Shown here in pieces: positions 1 through 8,356 of a stretch of 11,722 bases of DNA. Numbering within the stretch: the stretch's first letter is position 1; each line of letters begins with the position of its first letter. The position numbers and the translations under genes were made by a program. Below the pieces are notes generated by a model. It saw only the letters and a list, made by a program, of their open reading frames with translations, was not told the origin of the DNA and ran no database searches. This stretch comes from Octopus sinensis (lineage: Eukaryota), in contig NW_021826870.1 in the NCBI RefSeq assembly GCF_006345805.1, positions 1 through 11,722 on the forward strand, given 5' to 3'.

Positions 1-330
1 TTTTTTTTTCTTTCTTTTTTTTTTTATAATTATCCTTCTGATTTTTTTGTAAAACATGTTTTTATTTATTCTTTTCCCTTACTTTCCACAAGAAATTATT
101 ATAACAGAGGCGTTTAGTTTATCGTCAGTAAGTTTTCATTTTCGCAAACTTTGTTTCGGAATTTTGTATGTTAAAAAAACAGAAAAGAAAAGAAATTAAG
201 ACTTACTTCAGTATATTTTTGGTAATTTCTAAAGTTTTTTGAACGGTGTGTATGTGTGTAAGGGGGGGGGGTACATTACATAAATTGAAATTCTATACCA
301 TTGCTAGTCCAATTGATTTCATTATCAACG

Positions 331-337
331 CATATAT

Positions 338-375
<38 letters not shown>

Positions 376-465
376 TATTATATATATATATTATATGTAT
401 ATATGTATATTATATATGTAATAAATGTATATGTGTATGTATGTATGTATATAATATATATATAT

Positions 466-499
<34 letters not shown>

Positions 500-580
500 A
501 TATATATTATATATAATATATAATATATATATATAATATATGTTGTATATACACATATACACATATACATATACATATAC
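331..580. repeat. Compound (TA)n/(TATG)n microsatellite
   Basis: Near-continuous TA dinucleotide repeats with TAT/TG interruptions; explains the Y/I-rich ORFs 246..536 and 391..576. Confidence 0.97.
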
Positions 581-720
581 TACGAAACGTGGAGTAGTTG
601 AAAGTTGAAGTTCGGTTCTATGTTTTTGTTTTTATGTTTTCATTTCTCATTGTGTTCAACGTTTTTTTTTATGTCCTGTACCCATATATGCATGTATATA
701 TACATATATATGTAGGCATG
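581..720 (+). mobile_element. Possible terminal (pLTR-like) remnant of a Penelope-like element
   Basis: CGAAACGT followed by a T-rich tract and CATTTCTCATTGTGTTCAACGTTTTT...GTCCTGTACCCATATATGCATG resembles my recollection of cephalopod Penelope-type ends. No upstream CTGANGA half-motif is present. Recall-based only. Confidence 0.3.
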
Positions 721-780
721 TATATGTATATATATATGCATATATTAGATAATATATATATATATATAGATATATACTCA

Positions 781-1186
781 CTGTGTGGTAAGAAGCTTAC
801 TTCCTAGCCACTTGGTTGCGGGTTCAGTCCACTGCATGGCACCTTGGGCAAGTATCTACTGCTATAGCCTCGGGCCGACCAAGGCCTTGTGAGTGGATTT
901 GGTAGACGGAAACTGAAAGAAGTCCGTCGTATGTGTGTATGTATATATACATATTTATATATATGTATTTATTATTTGTGTCTGTATTTGTCCTTCCACC
1001 ATCGCTTGACAACCGATGTTGGCATGTTTATATCCCCGTGAACTAGCGGTTCGGCAAAACGAGACCGATAGAATAAGCAATACGCTTATAAAGAATAAGT
1101 CCTGGAGTCGATTTGCCCGACTAAAAGGGAGGTGCTCCAGCATGGCCGCTGTCAAATGACTGAAACAAGTAAAAGAATAAAAGAAT
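781..1186 (+). mobile_element. tRNA-derived SINE, family 1, copy 1 (near full length)
   Basis: tRNA-like head (CTGTGTGGTAAG, B-box-like GGGTTCAGTCC at ~820-830), CORE-like ACCTTGGGCAAGT at 841-853, internal TG/TA microsatellite (~930-965), 3' tail ...GACTGAAACAAGTAAAAGAATAAAAGAAT. Homologous to copies at 1225-1635, 7050-7438 and 10708-10907. Confidence 0.9.
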
Positions 1187-1224
1187 ATATATACGTATGT
1201 ATGCATTCATGTATGTATGTATAT

Positions 1225-1635
1225 CTCTTTTACTCTTTACTCTTTTACTTGTTTCAGTCATTTGACTGCGGCCATGCTGGAGCACCGCCTTTAATCGAGC
1301 ACCTGGACCCCGGCACTTATTCTTTGTAAGCCCAGTACTTATTCTATCAGTCTGTTTTGGCGGACCGCTAAGTGACGGGGACATAAACACACCAGCATCG
1401 GTTGTCAAGCAATGCTAGGGGGACAAACACAGACACACAAACACACACACTTATATATATATACATATACATATATACGACGGGCTTCTTTCAGTTTCCG
1501 TCTACCAAATCCACTCACAAGTCTTTGGCCAGCCCGAGGCTATAGTAGAAGACACTTGCCCAAGGTGCCACGCAGTGGGACTGATCCCAGAACCATGTGG
1601 TTGGTAAACAAGCTACTTACCACACAGCCACTCCT
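1225..1635 (-). mobile_element. tRNA-derived SINE, family 1, copy 2 (full length)
   Basis: Reverse-complement homologue of 781-1186: minus strand reads AGGAGTGGCTGTGTGGTAAG (A-box-like), GGGATCAGTCCC (B-box-like), GGCACCTTGGGCAAGT (CORE-like), internal CA/TA repeat and a short tandem (A)AAAGAGT-type tail. Confidence 0.92.
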
Positions 1636-1698
1636 ATGTATGTATGTATGTTATGTATGTATGTATGTATGTATGTATGTATGTGTTTATGTATGTAT
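1636..1698. repeat. (TATG)n tetranucleotide microsatellite
   Basis: Direct tandem TATG repeats. Confidence 0.95.
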
Positions 1699-1741
1699 AA
1701 GGTAAATTCCAGCTGTGTTCTCTTGAAGCACAACTTATTCC

Positions 1742-2315
1742 AGCATCACTGAGTAAGATCTTTGTCAGCCACTCTCCAGCTATTTATTTAAAATTGTAAA
1801 CGACAATGGTATGTCCACACTTGGAATTTGCATCACCAGTCTGGGACCCCTCTCTTGCTCAGCATATAAATCTCCTGGTAACTGTTCAGAAATGTGCAAC
1901 AAAGCGAATACCCGCCGTCGGACATCTACCATACTCTGAACGTCTTGCATTCCTGCGCATGGATACAATGAAGCCCAGACGTCTGGCAACTGACTTGATT
2001 GACACCCACAAAATTATCCACCATATTTCCAACAACAACCTTCGGTACCTTTTTGAATTCCATATGACAATCACTCACGGACATGCTTATAAAATCAAAA
2101 AACAACACAGCACCCACGACTTTCGGAAACAAATTTTCATGCTCAGAATTGCAGAAGCATGGAATAAACCACCTGCATCAGTTGTTAGCTGTCAAGACAC
2201 TACATCCTTCAAAACTTCCATATGTCCTGAAACCGCCAACACCTGATGGCTATTTTTTTCTTTTTAGTTGTAGTGCACCTGAGCACTGTATACAACAATT
2301 TCCTTTATCATTATA
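1742..2315 (+). mobile_element. 5'-truncated CR1/L2-group LINE: ORF2 C-terminal region plus 3' UTR
   Basis: Frame of ORF 1806..2246 reads LKL*TTMVCPHLEFASPVWDP...VQKCATKRI...LPYSERL...RRLATDLIDTHKII...HGHAYKI...RKQIFMLRIAEAWN...FK. This matches the post-RT signature of CR1-like ORF2 (LY..LVRPHLEY....W.P; Y.ERL; RGH..KL; WN.LP). In-frame TAA at 1797-1799 and substitutions show decay. Confidence 0.88.
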
Positions 2316-2396
2316 TTTGTGTGTTTGTTGAGTTTCTGTGCAGTATTTTATGTCTGTTAGTCAATGTAATGTCACACACTCACTTCTGTTCCCACT

Positions 2397-2431
2397 CAGT
2401 GGTACCCTACACAGTGGTACCCTACACAGTG
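2397..2431. repeat. 15 bp tandem duplication (CAGTGGTACCCTACA x2 plus partial third unit)
   Basis: Exact copies at 2397-2411 and 2412-2426, followed by CAGTG. Confidence 0.95.
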
Positions 2432-2449
2432 TTCAATATTTGGTGCAAG

Positions 2450-2670
2450 ACTGTCTCTCTTTTCTATCTATTTCTCTGTCCTTCTCTTCTCCCCTCTATC
2501 TACCTCTCTACCTATCTGCTGCTTTTCTCTCTTTACTGCCTTCCATTTCTTCCTCTGTCCATCTCTGTTAACTACCTACTGTCTATCTTTATTCCCTTAT
2601 TTCTCCGCACTCTCTCTTTTTTCCTACTTGCTCTTCCCCAACCTTCTCTACTCTCTTTCTTCACTTTTTT
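2450..2670. repeat. CT-rich low-complexity tract
   Basis: Strong pyrimidine bias with degenerate CT/CTA/CTT motifs; a similar tract lies at ~2960-3050. Confidence 0.8.
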
Positions 2671-2737
2671 GGTACAAAAAGACAATCCAATTTTTTATCA
2701 CTCATCGTTTTTCTACTTAACCAGTGCATAGGTAAGA

Positions 2738-2928
2738 CATCATCATTTAATGTCCATTTTCCATGCTGGAATAGGTTGAATGGTTCGACTGGGGCCTGGG
2801 AAGCTAGGAGGCTGCACCAGGCTCCAGTCTGATCTGGCAGTGTTTCTACAGCTGGATGCCCTTCCTAACGCCAACCACTCTGAGAATGTAGTGGGTGCTG
2901 TTTTTACGTGTCATCGGCACAGGGGCCA
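2738..2928 (-). mobile_element. 5'-truncated SINE, family 2, with (GAT)n tail
   Basis: Minus strand contains GGTTGGCGTTAGGAAGGGCATCCAGCTGTAGAAAC, a motif I recall from V-domain-type SINEs, and ends ...AAATGGACATTAAATGATGATG. Superfamily assignment is from memory. Confidence 0.7.
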
Positions 2929-3234
2929 ATTTCCTGCCTAGTACTCATTTCAGATCCCCAGTTTATCTTTTCACTTTTCATTCTTTTCTTTCCTTCTATC
3001 TTCCTTCCCTCTACCCCATCTCTCCATCCTTCTCCTGAGCCTTCTCATTGTACCTTTGGAACACAAGCACCACTATTTCTTTTTTTTGTTAGTTTTTGTC
3101 ATGTAGTGTCCCACATTTTGAAATACTTGCAATTTGTATTTTTACTGCTTATTTTAGTTCTGCTTGATACATTTCCAAAATTAAACATTTTAATATGCAA
3201 AATATACTTCACATTATTATATATACTATGCATT

Positions 3235-3727
3235 AATGCAAAAAATATTGTGCTTATTGGCTATCTTCAAAATGATCACACCATCAATGGAAAATTTCAA
3301 TACCAACTTCCTAAGGCAGTTATGAAAGGCTATCAAGACCAAGCACCCAGAAAAACTGATAAATGGGGTCTTGTTTCATTAGGACAATGCTTCAGCACAC
3401 AAGTCCTTGGTTTCAATGGCTGCTGTGTGTGACTGGCTTTGAACTGGTTGATCATCCTCCCTGTGTTAGTGATTTAGTTCCTTCTGGTTATCATCTGTTT
3501 CCCAACATAGAAAAACACTCAGCTAAGCACCAGTATCACTATGATGAGAACATCTTATCTGTTGTTGATGACCATTTTGATCAACAGAAAAGTTTCTTCA
3601 CCAGTGCGACCCAAGCACTGCAACGTCTAATGGAAGCGTGTGGACAGTAAGAGGAACTGTGTTAGAAAATGAACTTCATTTGGTCACATTCCATTGAGAG
3701 TGTCTTGCTCAGATTATGAACATTTCA
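3235..3727 (+). mobile_element. Mariner (Tc1/mariner) transposase pseudogene, C-terminal catalytic half and probable 3' end
   Basis: Stitched translation NAKNIVLIGYLQNDHTING / NFLRQL*KAIKTKHPEKLINGVLFH*DNASAHKS...AAVCD / GFELVDHPPCVSDLVPSGYHLFPNIEKH...FFTSATQALQ aligns with mariner motifs (IDYL..G.TIN; HQDNAPAH; HPPYSPDLAPSDYHLF). Stops at 3323-3325 and 3380-3382 and several frameshifts. Confidence 0.92.
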
Positions 3728-3850
3728 TAATAGAAAATTATTATTACACCTGCATTTGTTTTAATGTTAACATTGGAAAAATCTACATTTTTCATAAAAA
3801 AATTAGGAGCTGGGTTTGCACCCACTTAGCAAATTTTGTTGCTGGACCAC

Positions 3851-3867
3851 TGTATATATATGTATAG

Positions 3868-3905
<38 letters not shown>

Positions 3906-3913
3906 ATATATAT

Positions 3914-3995
<82 letters not shown>

Positions 3996-4140
3996 TATGT
4001 ATGTAGTTCCTCTCCTCTCTCTCTAGACACACACACGCACACATGAGATATATCCACGCATATCTTATACCTACACATGTACAAACATACTTCTTACACA
4101 CACATACACGTGTATGTGTATGTGTGTGTGTGTATAAACA

Positions 4141-4189
<49 letters not shown>

Positions 4190-4230
4190 TCGTGCACACA
4201 CACACACGCACACACACACACACACGTGTA
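3851..4230. repeat. Compound (TA)n / (CA)n / (TG)n microsatellite
   Basis: Long TA runs (3851-4000, 4144-4172) and CA runs (4173-4225). Confidence 0.97.
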
Positions 4231-4389
4231 TCTTATGTATCCATATGCTGTAGCGCCTTGAACTTGTCTCTCTCTCTCTGCCTCTCAAGAAAGTCACGTA
4301 ACTTTTTCTAATTGATTTCACCAGCAAAGAAAACCAGATTAGATTAATTCAATACAATAATGAAACAATACAATTAGACTCTAAAAGTT

Positions 4390-4476
<87 letters not shown>

Positions 4477-4578
4477 ACTGCTGCCTTTGCTATTGCTGTT
4501 ACTAGTACCACTACCACCGCCAGTACTACTACCACCACCTCCACTACTACTACTACATCCACCACAACCACTACCACA

Positions 4579-4623
<45 letters not shown>

Positions 4624-4720
4624 GCTACTGCTGTTACTACCACTACCACCGCCAGTACTACTACCATCACCTCCACCACTACTACTACTACCACCACCAC
4701 CACAACCACAACTACTACTG

Positions 4721-4778
<58 letters not shown>

Positions 4779-4864
4779 GCTGCTGCTACTACTACCACCA
4801 GCTCCACCACTGCTACTAACTACTATAACCACCACCACCACCACCACCACTGCTACCACCACCT

Positions 4865-4896
<32 letters not shown>

Positions 4897-4947
4897 GCTA
4901 CTACTACTACTGCTGCGGCTGCTGCTGCTACTGTTGCCACTACTACT
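4390..4947. repeat. Compound trinucleotide array (ACT)n/(GCT)n/(ACC)n with internal 132 bp duplication
   Basis: Pure (ACT)n at 4390-4443 then (GCT)n; ACCACTACCACCGCCAGTACTACTACCA occurs at 4507 and 4639. Confidence 0.95.
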
Positions 4948-4987
4948 CACTAAGTGTGGATGACAGTTATCACACTCACAAGTACAG

Positions 4988-5186
4988 GGAAGCCTCAAAG
5001 TGGTTGCCCGATTTTCTAGAAATAACAGCAAAGTCCATTCAGATTGTACTTTGGAGTCCTAAACAGGAAGGATATAATTTTAAATATACCGTACCCGAAA
5101 ATAAGACGAAATGGTCATGATTGGAACGCCAAACCTTGATTATAAGTGTCAGCACGAGCAGGGCAAACTTGGGGCTAAGCCACAAC
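4988..5186 (+). repeat. Unclassified dispersed repeat family X, copy A
   Basis: GGAAGCCTCAAAGTGGTTG...CTAGAAATAACAGC...ATGGTCATGATTGGAA...CTTGGGGCTAAGCCACAAC aligns by eye with 8516-8728 (GGAGCCTCAATGTGATTG...CTAGAAAGAGCAG...ATAGTCACGGCTGGAA...CTTGAGACTAAACAAC). Confidence 0.65.
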
Positions 5187-5193
5187 TGTCCAC

Positions 5194-5312
5194 CAAACAT
5201 GGGTAGCCCTTGTCGAGAAGCGGGCCGCACTACTAAAAAAAAAAGCTCTGAGTAATTTTTCGTTATGAGTGTCATTCAGAAAGTCCCGCGGGCCGCAGGT
5301 TGACCATACCTG
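5194..5312. mobile_element. Small hAT-like (Charlie/MER30-type) non-autonomous element (MITE)
   Basis: Right end CCCGCGGGCCGCAGGTTGACCATACCTG resembles hAT-Charlie termini; degenerate left end CAAACATGGGTAGCCC; subterminal GCGGGCCGCA at 5220 and 5288; flanking 8-mers CTGTCCAC (5186-5193) and CTCTACAC (5313-5320) match at 6/8, consistent with an aged 8 bp TSD. Confidence 0.6.
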
Positions 5313-5329
5313 CTCTACACTGCCGTTTG

Positions 5330-5490
5330 CTATACTAGAAACTGCAGCTTAATTTCCTCTTAAGTCAGACCTTGTCGTCCAGAAAATAGAAAGGACAGAT
5401 CAGGTGAGATAGTCCTTGATGACTTTAAAAAAGGCGAGACGGTCACTGCTGTATTTGTCGTTGATCATTGATGCCGGCTCAAATTGAGCA
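5330..5490 (+). repeat. Family X, copy B (highly degenerate)
   Basis: CTAGAAACTGCAGC...AAAAAAGGCGAGACGGTCACTGCTG...TTGATCAT parallels CTAGAAAGAGCAG...AAAAAAGATGGAATAGTCACGGCTG...TTGTTCAT in copy D. Confidence 0.5.
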
Positions 5491-5584
5491 GGGATTAAAA
5501 TTAACACGCAGGTTTAATGTGTGATAGACTGGCTGAGCTTGATGCTTATTCATTGTTGACGCTTATTCAGTAATTCATAATATT

Positions 5585-5895
5585 TTTTCCTCCTTGTCCT
5601 CTAAGTCATCGCCTTCCTCCTCCCCTCCTCCTTCTTCGTTCTCTTTTCCCCTTTCTCCTTCCCTCCCGCCCTTCTCTTTTCCTTCCTCCTTCTCTTTCCC
5701 CCTCTTTCTCCTCCCCTCCCTCCACCTCCTTCTCCTCCTTTCCCTCCTCCACCTCATCTCCCCCCTCCTTTCCTTCCTCTATCCCTCTCCCTCCCCTCCT
5801 CCTTTCCATCCGCCTCTCTTCCCTCCTCCTCCTTCCCCTCCTCCTCCTCCTCCTCTTACTACTACTTTCCTCCTCTTCCACTTCCTCCTCCTCCT
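5585..5895. repeat. Polypyrimidine/polypurine (CCT)n/(CT)n tract
   Basis: About 310 bp with very few purines on the + strand; gives the spurious E/G/R-rich and P/S/L-rich ORFs. Confidence 0.95.
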
Positions 5896-5899
5896 AACG

Positions 5900-6137
5900 T
5901 TTCTTATTTCTTTATTGCCCACAAGGGGCTAAACATAGAGGGGACGAACAAGGACAGAGAAACGGATTAAGTCGATTATATCGACCCCAGTGCGTAACTG
6001 GTACTTATCTAACCGACCCCGAAAGGATGAAAGGCAAAGTCGACCTCGGCGGAATTTGAACTCAGAACGTAACGGCAGACGAAATACCGCTAAGCATTTC
6101 GCCCGGCGTGCTAACGATTCTACCAGCTTGCCGCCTT
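5900..6137 (-). mobile_element. tRNA-derived SINE, family 3 (full length)
   Basis: Minus strand: AAGGCGGCAAGCTGGTAGAATCG (A-box-like), GAGTTCAAATTCC (B box), central GTCGACTTTGCCTTTCATCCTTTCGGGGTCGG...AAGTACCAG, tail GGGCAATAAAGAAATAAGAA. Confidence 0.88.
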
Positions 6138-6857
6138 AATAGCGTCCTAATGATACTCAGTATGCATTGTGGATTCGTGTTCAATATTCTCCAAAAACAT
6201 CATTTAATTAATCTTACTGAAGCTATAGTCCTTTATATTTTCAGCATTCTAAGAGGGAGTTTATGCCTGCTAATTGCCTGGATACTCTCAATAAGAAAAA
6301 AAAATCTACTCACAATATTACATATGCAAGAGACTGCCGCATTTTATATTCAATATTCACAGTGCCCCACGGTTATATGTGGCTCTCGGCAGCGTAGTAT
6401 ACATAATAGGGTCTAATTGATATAATCCAGTCAATTCTCAGTATTTATTCTGTATTAATTCTATATTAATTATAAAGTGATTAACGATTGAACATTTAAA
6501 CAGCTATCCTGCTCATTATAACAAGTATCGTTATATTACAGACACGGAAGCATTCGCTGTCATTACAAATCTATATCTTTATCCTTGGCCATTTTCTTCC
6601 ATTTTCTTTTACTTTTAATTCATTTCTTTCTCTTTCTCTCTCCCCCCCACTCGTTCCCTTTCTCTCTTTTCTCTGTTTAAGATATTTTCTCCACATATTT
6701 ATTCCGCAGTGATTTGAATTAAACCTTAACCCTTCGCATCTCAACCAGTCAGTCTAATTCTTTATTCAAGAGAATTTTTATAAAAGTCATCGTTATGTCA
6801 GTTTCTTCGGCAGACAAAAATATTACCGAAGGCTAAAATACCTCAGGGTTGCGGCGC

Positions 6858-6947
6858 GGGGGGGGGGGCGGAAATGTGCGTATATGTGTGTGTATATATG
6901 TGTATGTGTGTGTGTGTGTGTGTATATGTTTGTTGTGGGGGGGGGGG
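6858..6947. repeat. (TG/TA)n microsatellite bracketed by two G11 runs
   Basis: G runs at 6858-6868 and 6937-6947 flank TG/TA repeats. Confidence 0.9.
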
Positions 6948-7049
6948 CCTCATTCTGCATGCTGAATATTAATACGCTGCGTTCACACGCGTGTAATATC
7001 TGAGATCAGTTGAGTTTATACAAATAATTATCATGTTTTCAATTTGTTT

Positions 7050-7438
7050 TTTACAGTCATTGGACTGCGGCCATACTGGAGCACTGCCTTGAAGGGTTTT
7101 GCTGAACAAATCCACTGCAGTATCTATGTTTTTTTTTTAAAGTCTGATACATTTTTCTATCAGACTCTAAGTTACGGGGACATAAACAAACTAACACCGG
7201 TTACCAAGCGGTGATGGGTTGGCGGATAAACGCAAAGATACGCGCACGCACACACACCACACACACACACACACACACACGACGGACTTCTTTCAGTTTC
7301 CGTCTATCAAATCTACTCACGAGGCTTTGGTCGGCCCGTCGCCATATTAGAAGACACTTGCCCGAAGTACCATGCAGTGGATCTGAACAGGGAACCATGT
7401 GGTTGGGTAATGAACTCCTTACCACGCAGCTATGCCTG
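7050..7438 (-). mobile_element. tRNA-derived SINE, family 1, copy 3 (older, more diverged)
   Basis: CAGTCATTGGACTGCGGCCATACTGGAGCAC tail region, internal (CA)n, CGACGGACTTCTTTCAGTTTCCGTCTA body, ACACTTGCCCGAAGTACCA and ACCATGTGGTTGGG head region; collinear with 1225-1635. Confidence 0.88.
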
Positions 7439-7636
7439 TTGTAGACAAAAATTGCATTGTATGGATACTTAAAATGTAAAAGCAACAAACAAGGGAGATA
7501 AATCCAGTAAGGTCAGTTGATAGAAACTTTTGGACATTACAGGCAATATAGACTGTAGTGTTTCACGTATTAAAAAGTAATTGATGAACACAGCTTTTAC
7601 ATAGATGAGCATCTATTGTATTAAGGTAGTAATTTT

Positions 7637-8145
7637 GCATGGCTGAATTGTTAAGAAGTTTGCTTTGCAATCATGAGTTTCCGTGTTCGATCCCAATTCG
7701 AGGCAACTTGACCAAATGTGCTTATTATTACCTCTAATGGGTAACTGGTTAAGAAGTTCGCTTTGAAATCACCAGTTCTTGTGTTCGATACTAGGACACA
7801 TCCATTTTGTCATAGACTCTCTAGCTGAACGGTCAAGAAGTTCGTTTAGCAATTATATGCTCGCACGTTCGATCCCAATGCAAGGTAACTTGGCTAAATT
7901 TGTATATCAGTGCCTTTATTGGTTGAATGGTCCAGAAGTTAGGCTTGCAATCTGGACTCAGCGTGTTCGATCCTACAGCGAAGCACTTTGGATAAATATA
8001 TTTGCCATAACTTTTATTAGTTGAACGGTTAAGAAGTTAAAATGACAATCATGAGTTTGCAAGTTCAATGCTATTGCAAAGCATCTTGGACAAATGTTTC
8101 TGGACACCCCCAAACCTTTTGAGTGAAATTAGATGAGTGACAGCC
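7637..8145 (+). repeat. Tandem array of five degenerate tRNA-like SINE heads, the last continuing into a SINE body
   Basis: A-box-like motifs at 7640, 7738, 7822, 7920, 8018; (A/C)AGAAGTT at 7653, 7751, 7835, 7933, 8031; B boxes GTTCGAT(C/A)C or GTTCAATGC at 7685, 7783, 7867, 7965, 8063. All three give periods of 98, 84, 98, 98 bp. Confidence 0.85.
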
Positions 8146-8149
8146 CGTC

Positions 8150-8325
8150 CGGTCGATTGCAACTGTTACTCAAGGCAGTCATGCTGATTCGGTTACGGAA
8201 TTACGTTAAGCTTACATGTGTCTGTCTGTGGAATATTCAACCGCTTCTACGTTTATTTAACGAATCGGTCGTTCAGTTGATCGAGCGAATGAAAGCCCAT
8301 CTTCGAAACCGACGGAAGATCTATC
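8150..8325 (+). mobile_element. Degenerate SINE-like 3' module
   Basis: TACGTTAAG...TGTCTGTGGAATATTCAACC...ACGTTTATTTAACGA...GTTGATCG...AACCGACGGA resembles a cephalopod SINE 3' region as I recall it; no second copy in this window. Confidence 0.45.
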
Positions 8326-8356
8326 AAGTTACCACACCTTGATCTAGTTCCAATGA

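Noticed and set aside
246-807. Y/I/C/V-rich ORFs here and at 3803-4327 and 10014-10765
   Set aside because: Artefacts of (TA)n and (CA)n microsatellites.
1806-2246. Host protein-coding gene
   Set aside because: It is a LINE ORF2 fragment with an upstream in-frame stop and decayed conserved motifs.
2908-3432. 174 aa ORF as a real gene
   Set aside because: Chance fusion of SINE end, CT-rich sequence, AT-rich DNA and about 20 codons of mariner transposase before a frameshift.
4437-4940. Poly-Val/Ala or poly-Leu membrane protein ORFs
   Set aside because: Simple translation of ACT/GCT repeats; no non-repetitive coding context or splice signals.
5575-5932. Acidic/basic or proline-rich protein ORFs
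   Set aside because: Translation of a homopurine/homopyrimidine tract.
6108-6416. 102 aa ORF as an exon
   Set aside because: Starts inside the antisense SINE head at a non-ATG codon, and has no recognisable motif.
7637-8110. CRISPR array or functional tRNA gene cluster
   Set aside because: Units are divergent along their whole length, with no identical repeats separated by unique spacers and no cas genes, in a eukaryotic repeat context. No consistent acceptor stems or anticodon arms are visible, and units run into SINE CORE-like sequence.
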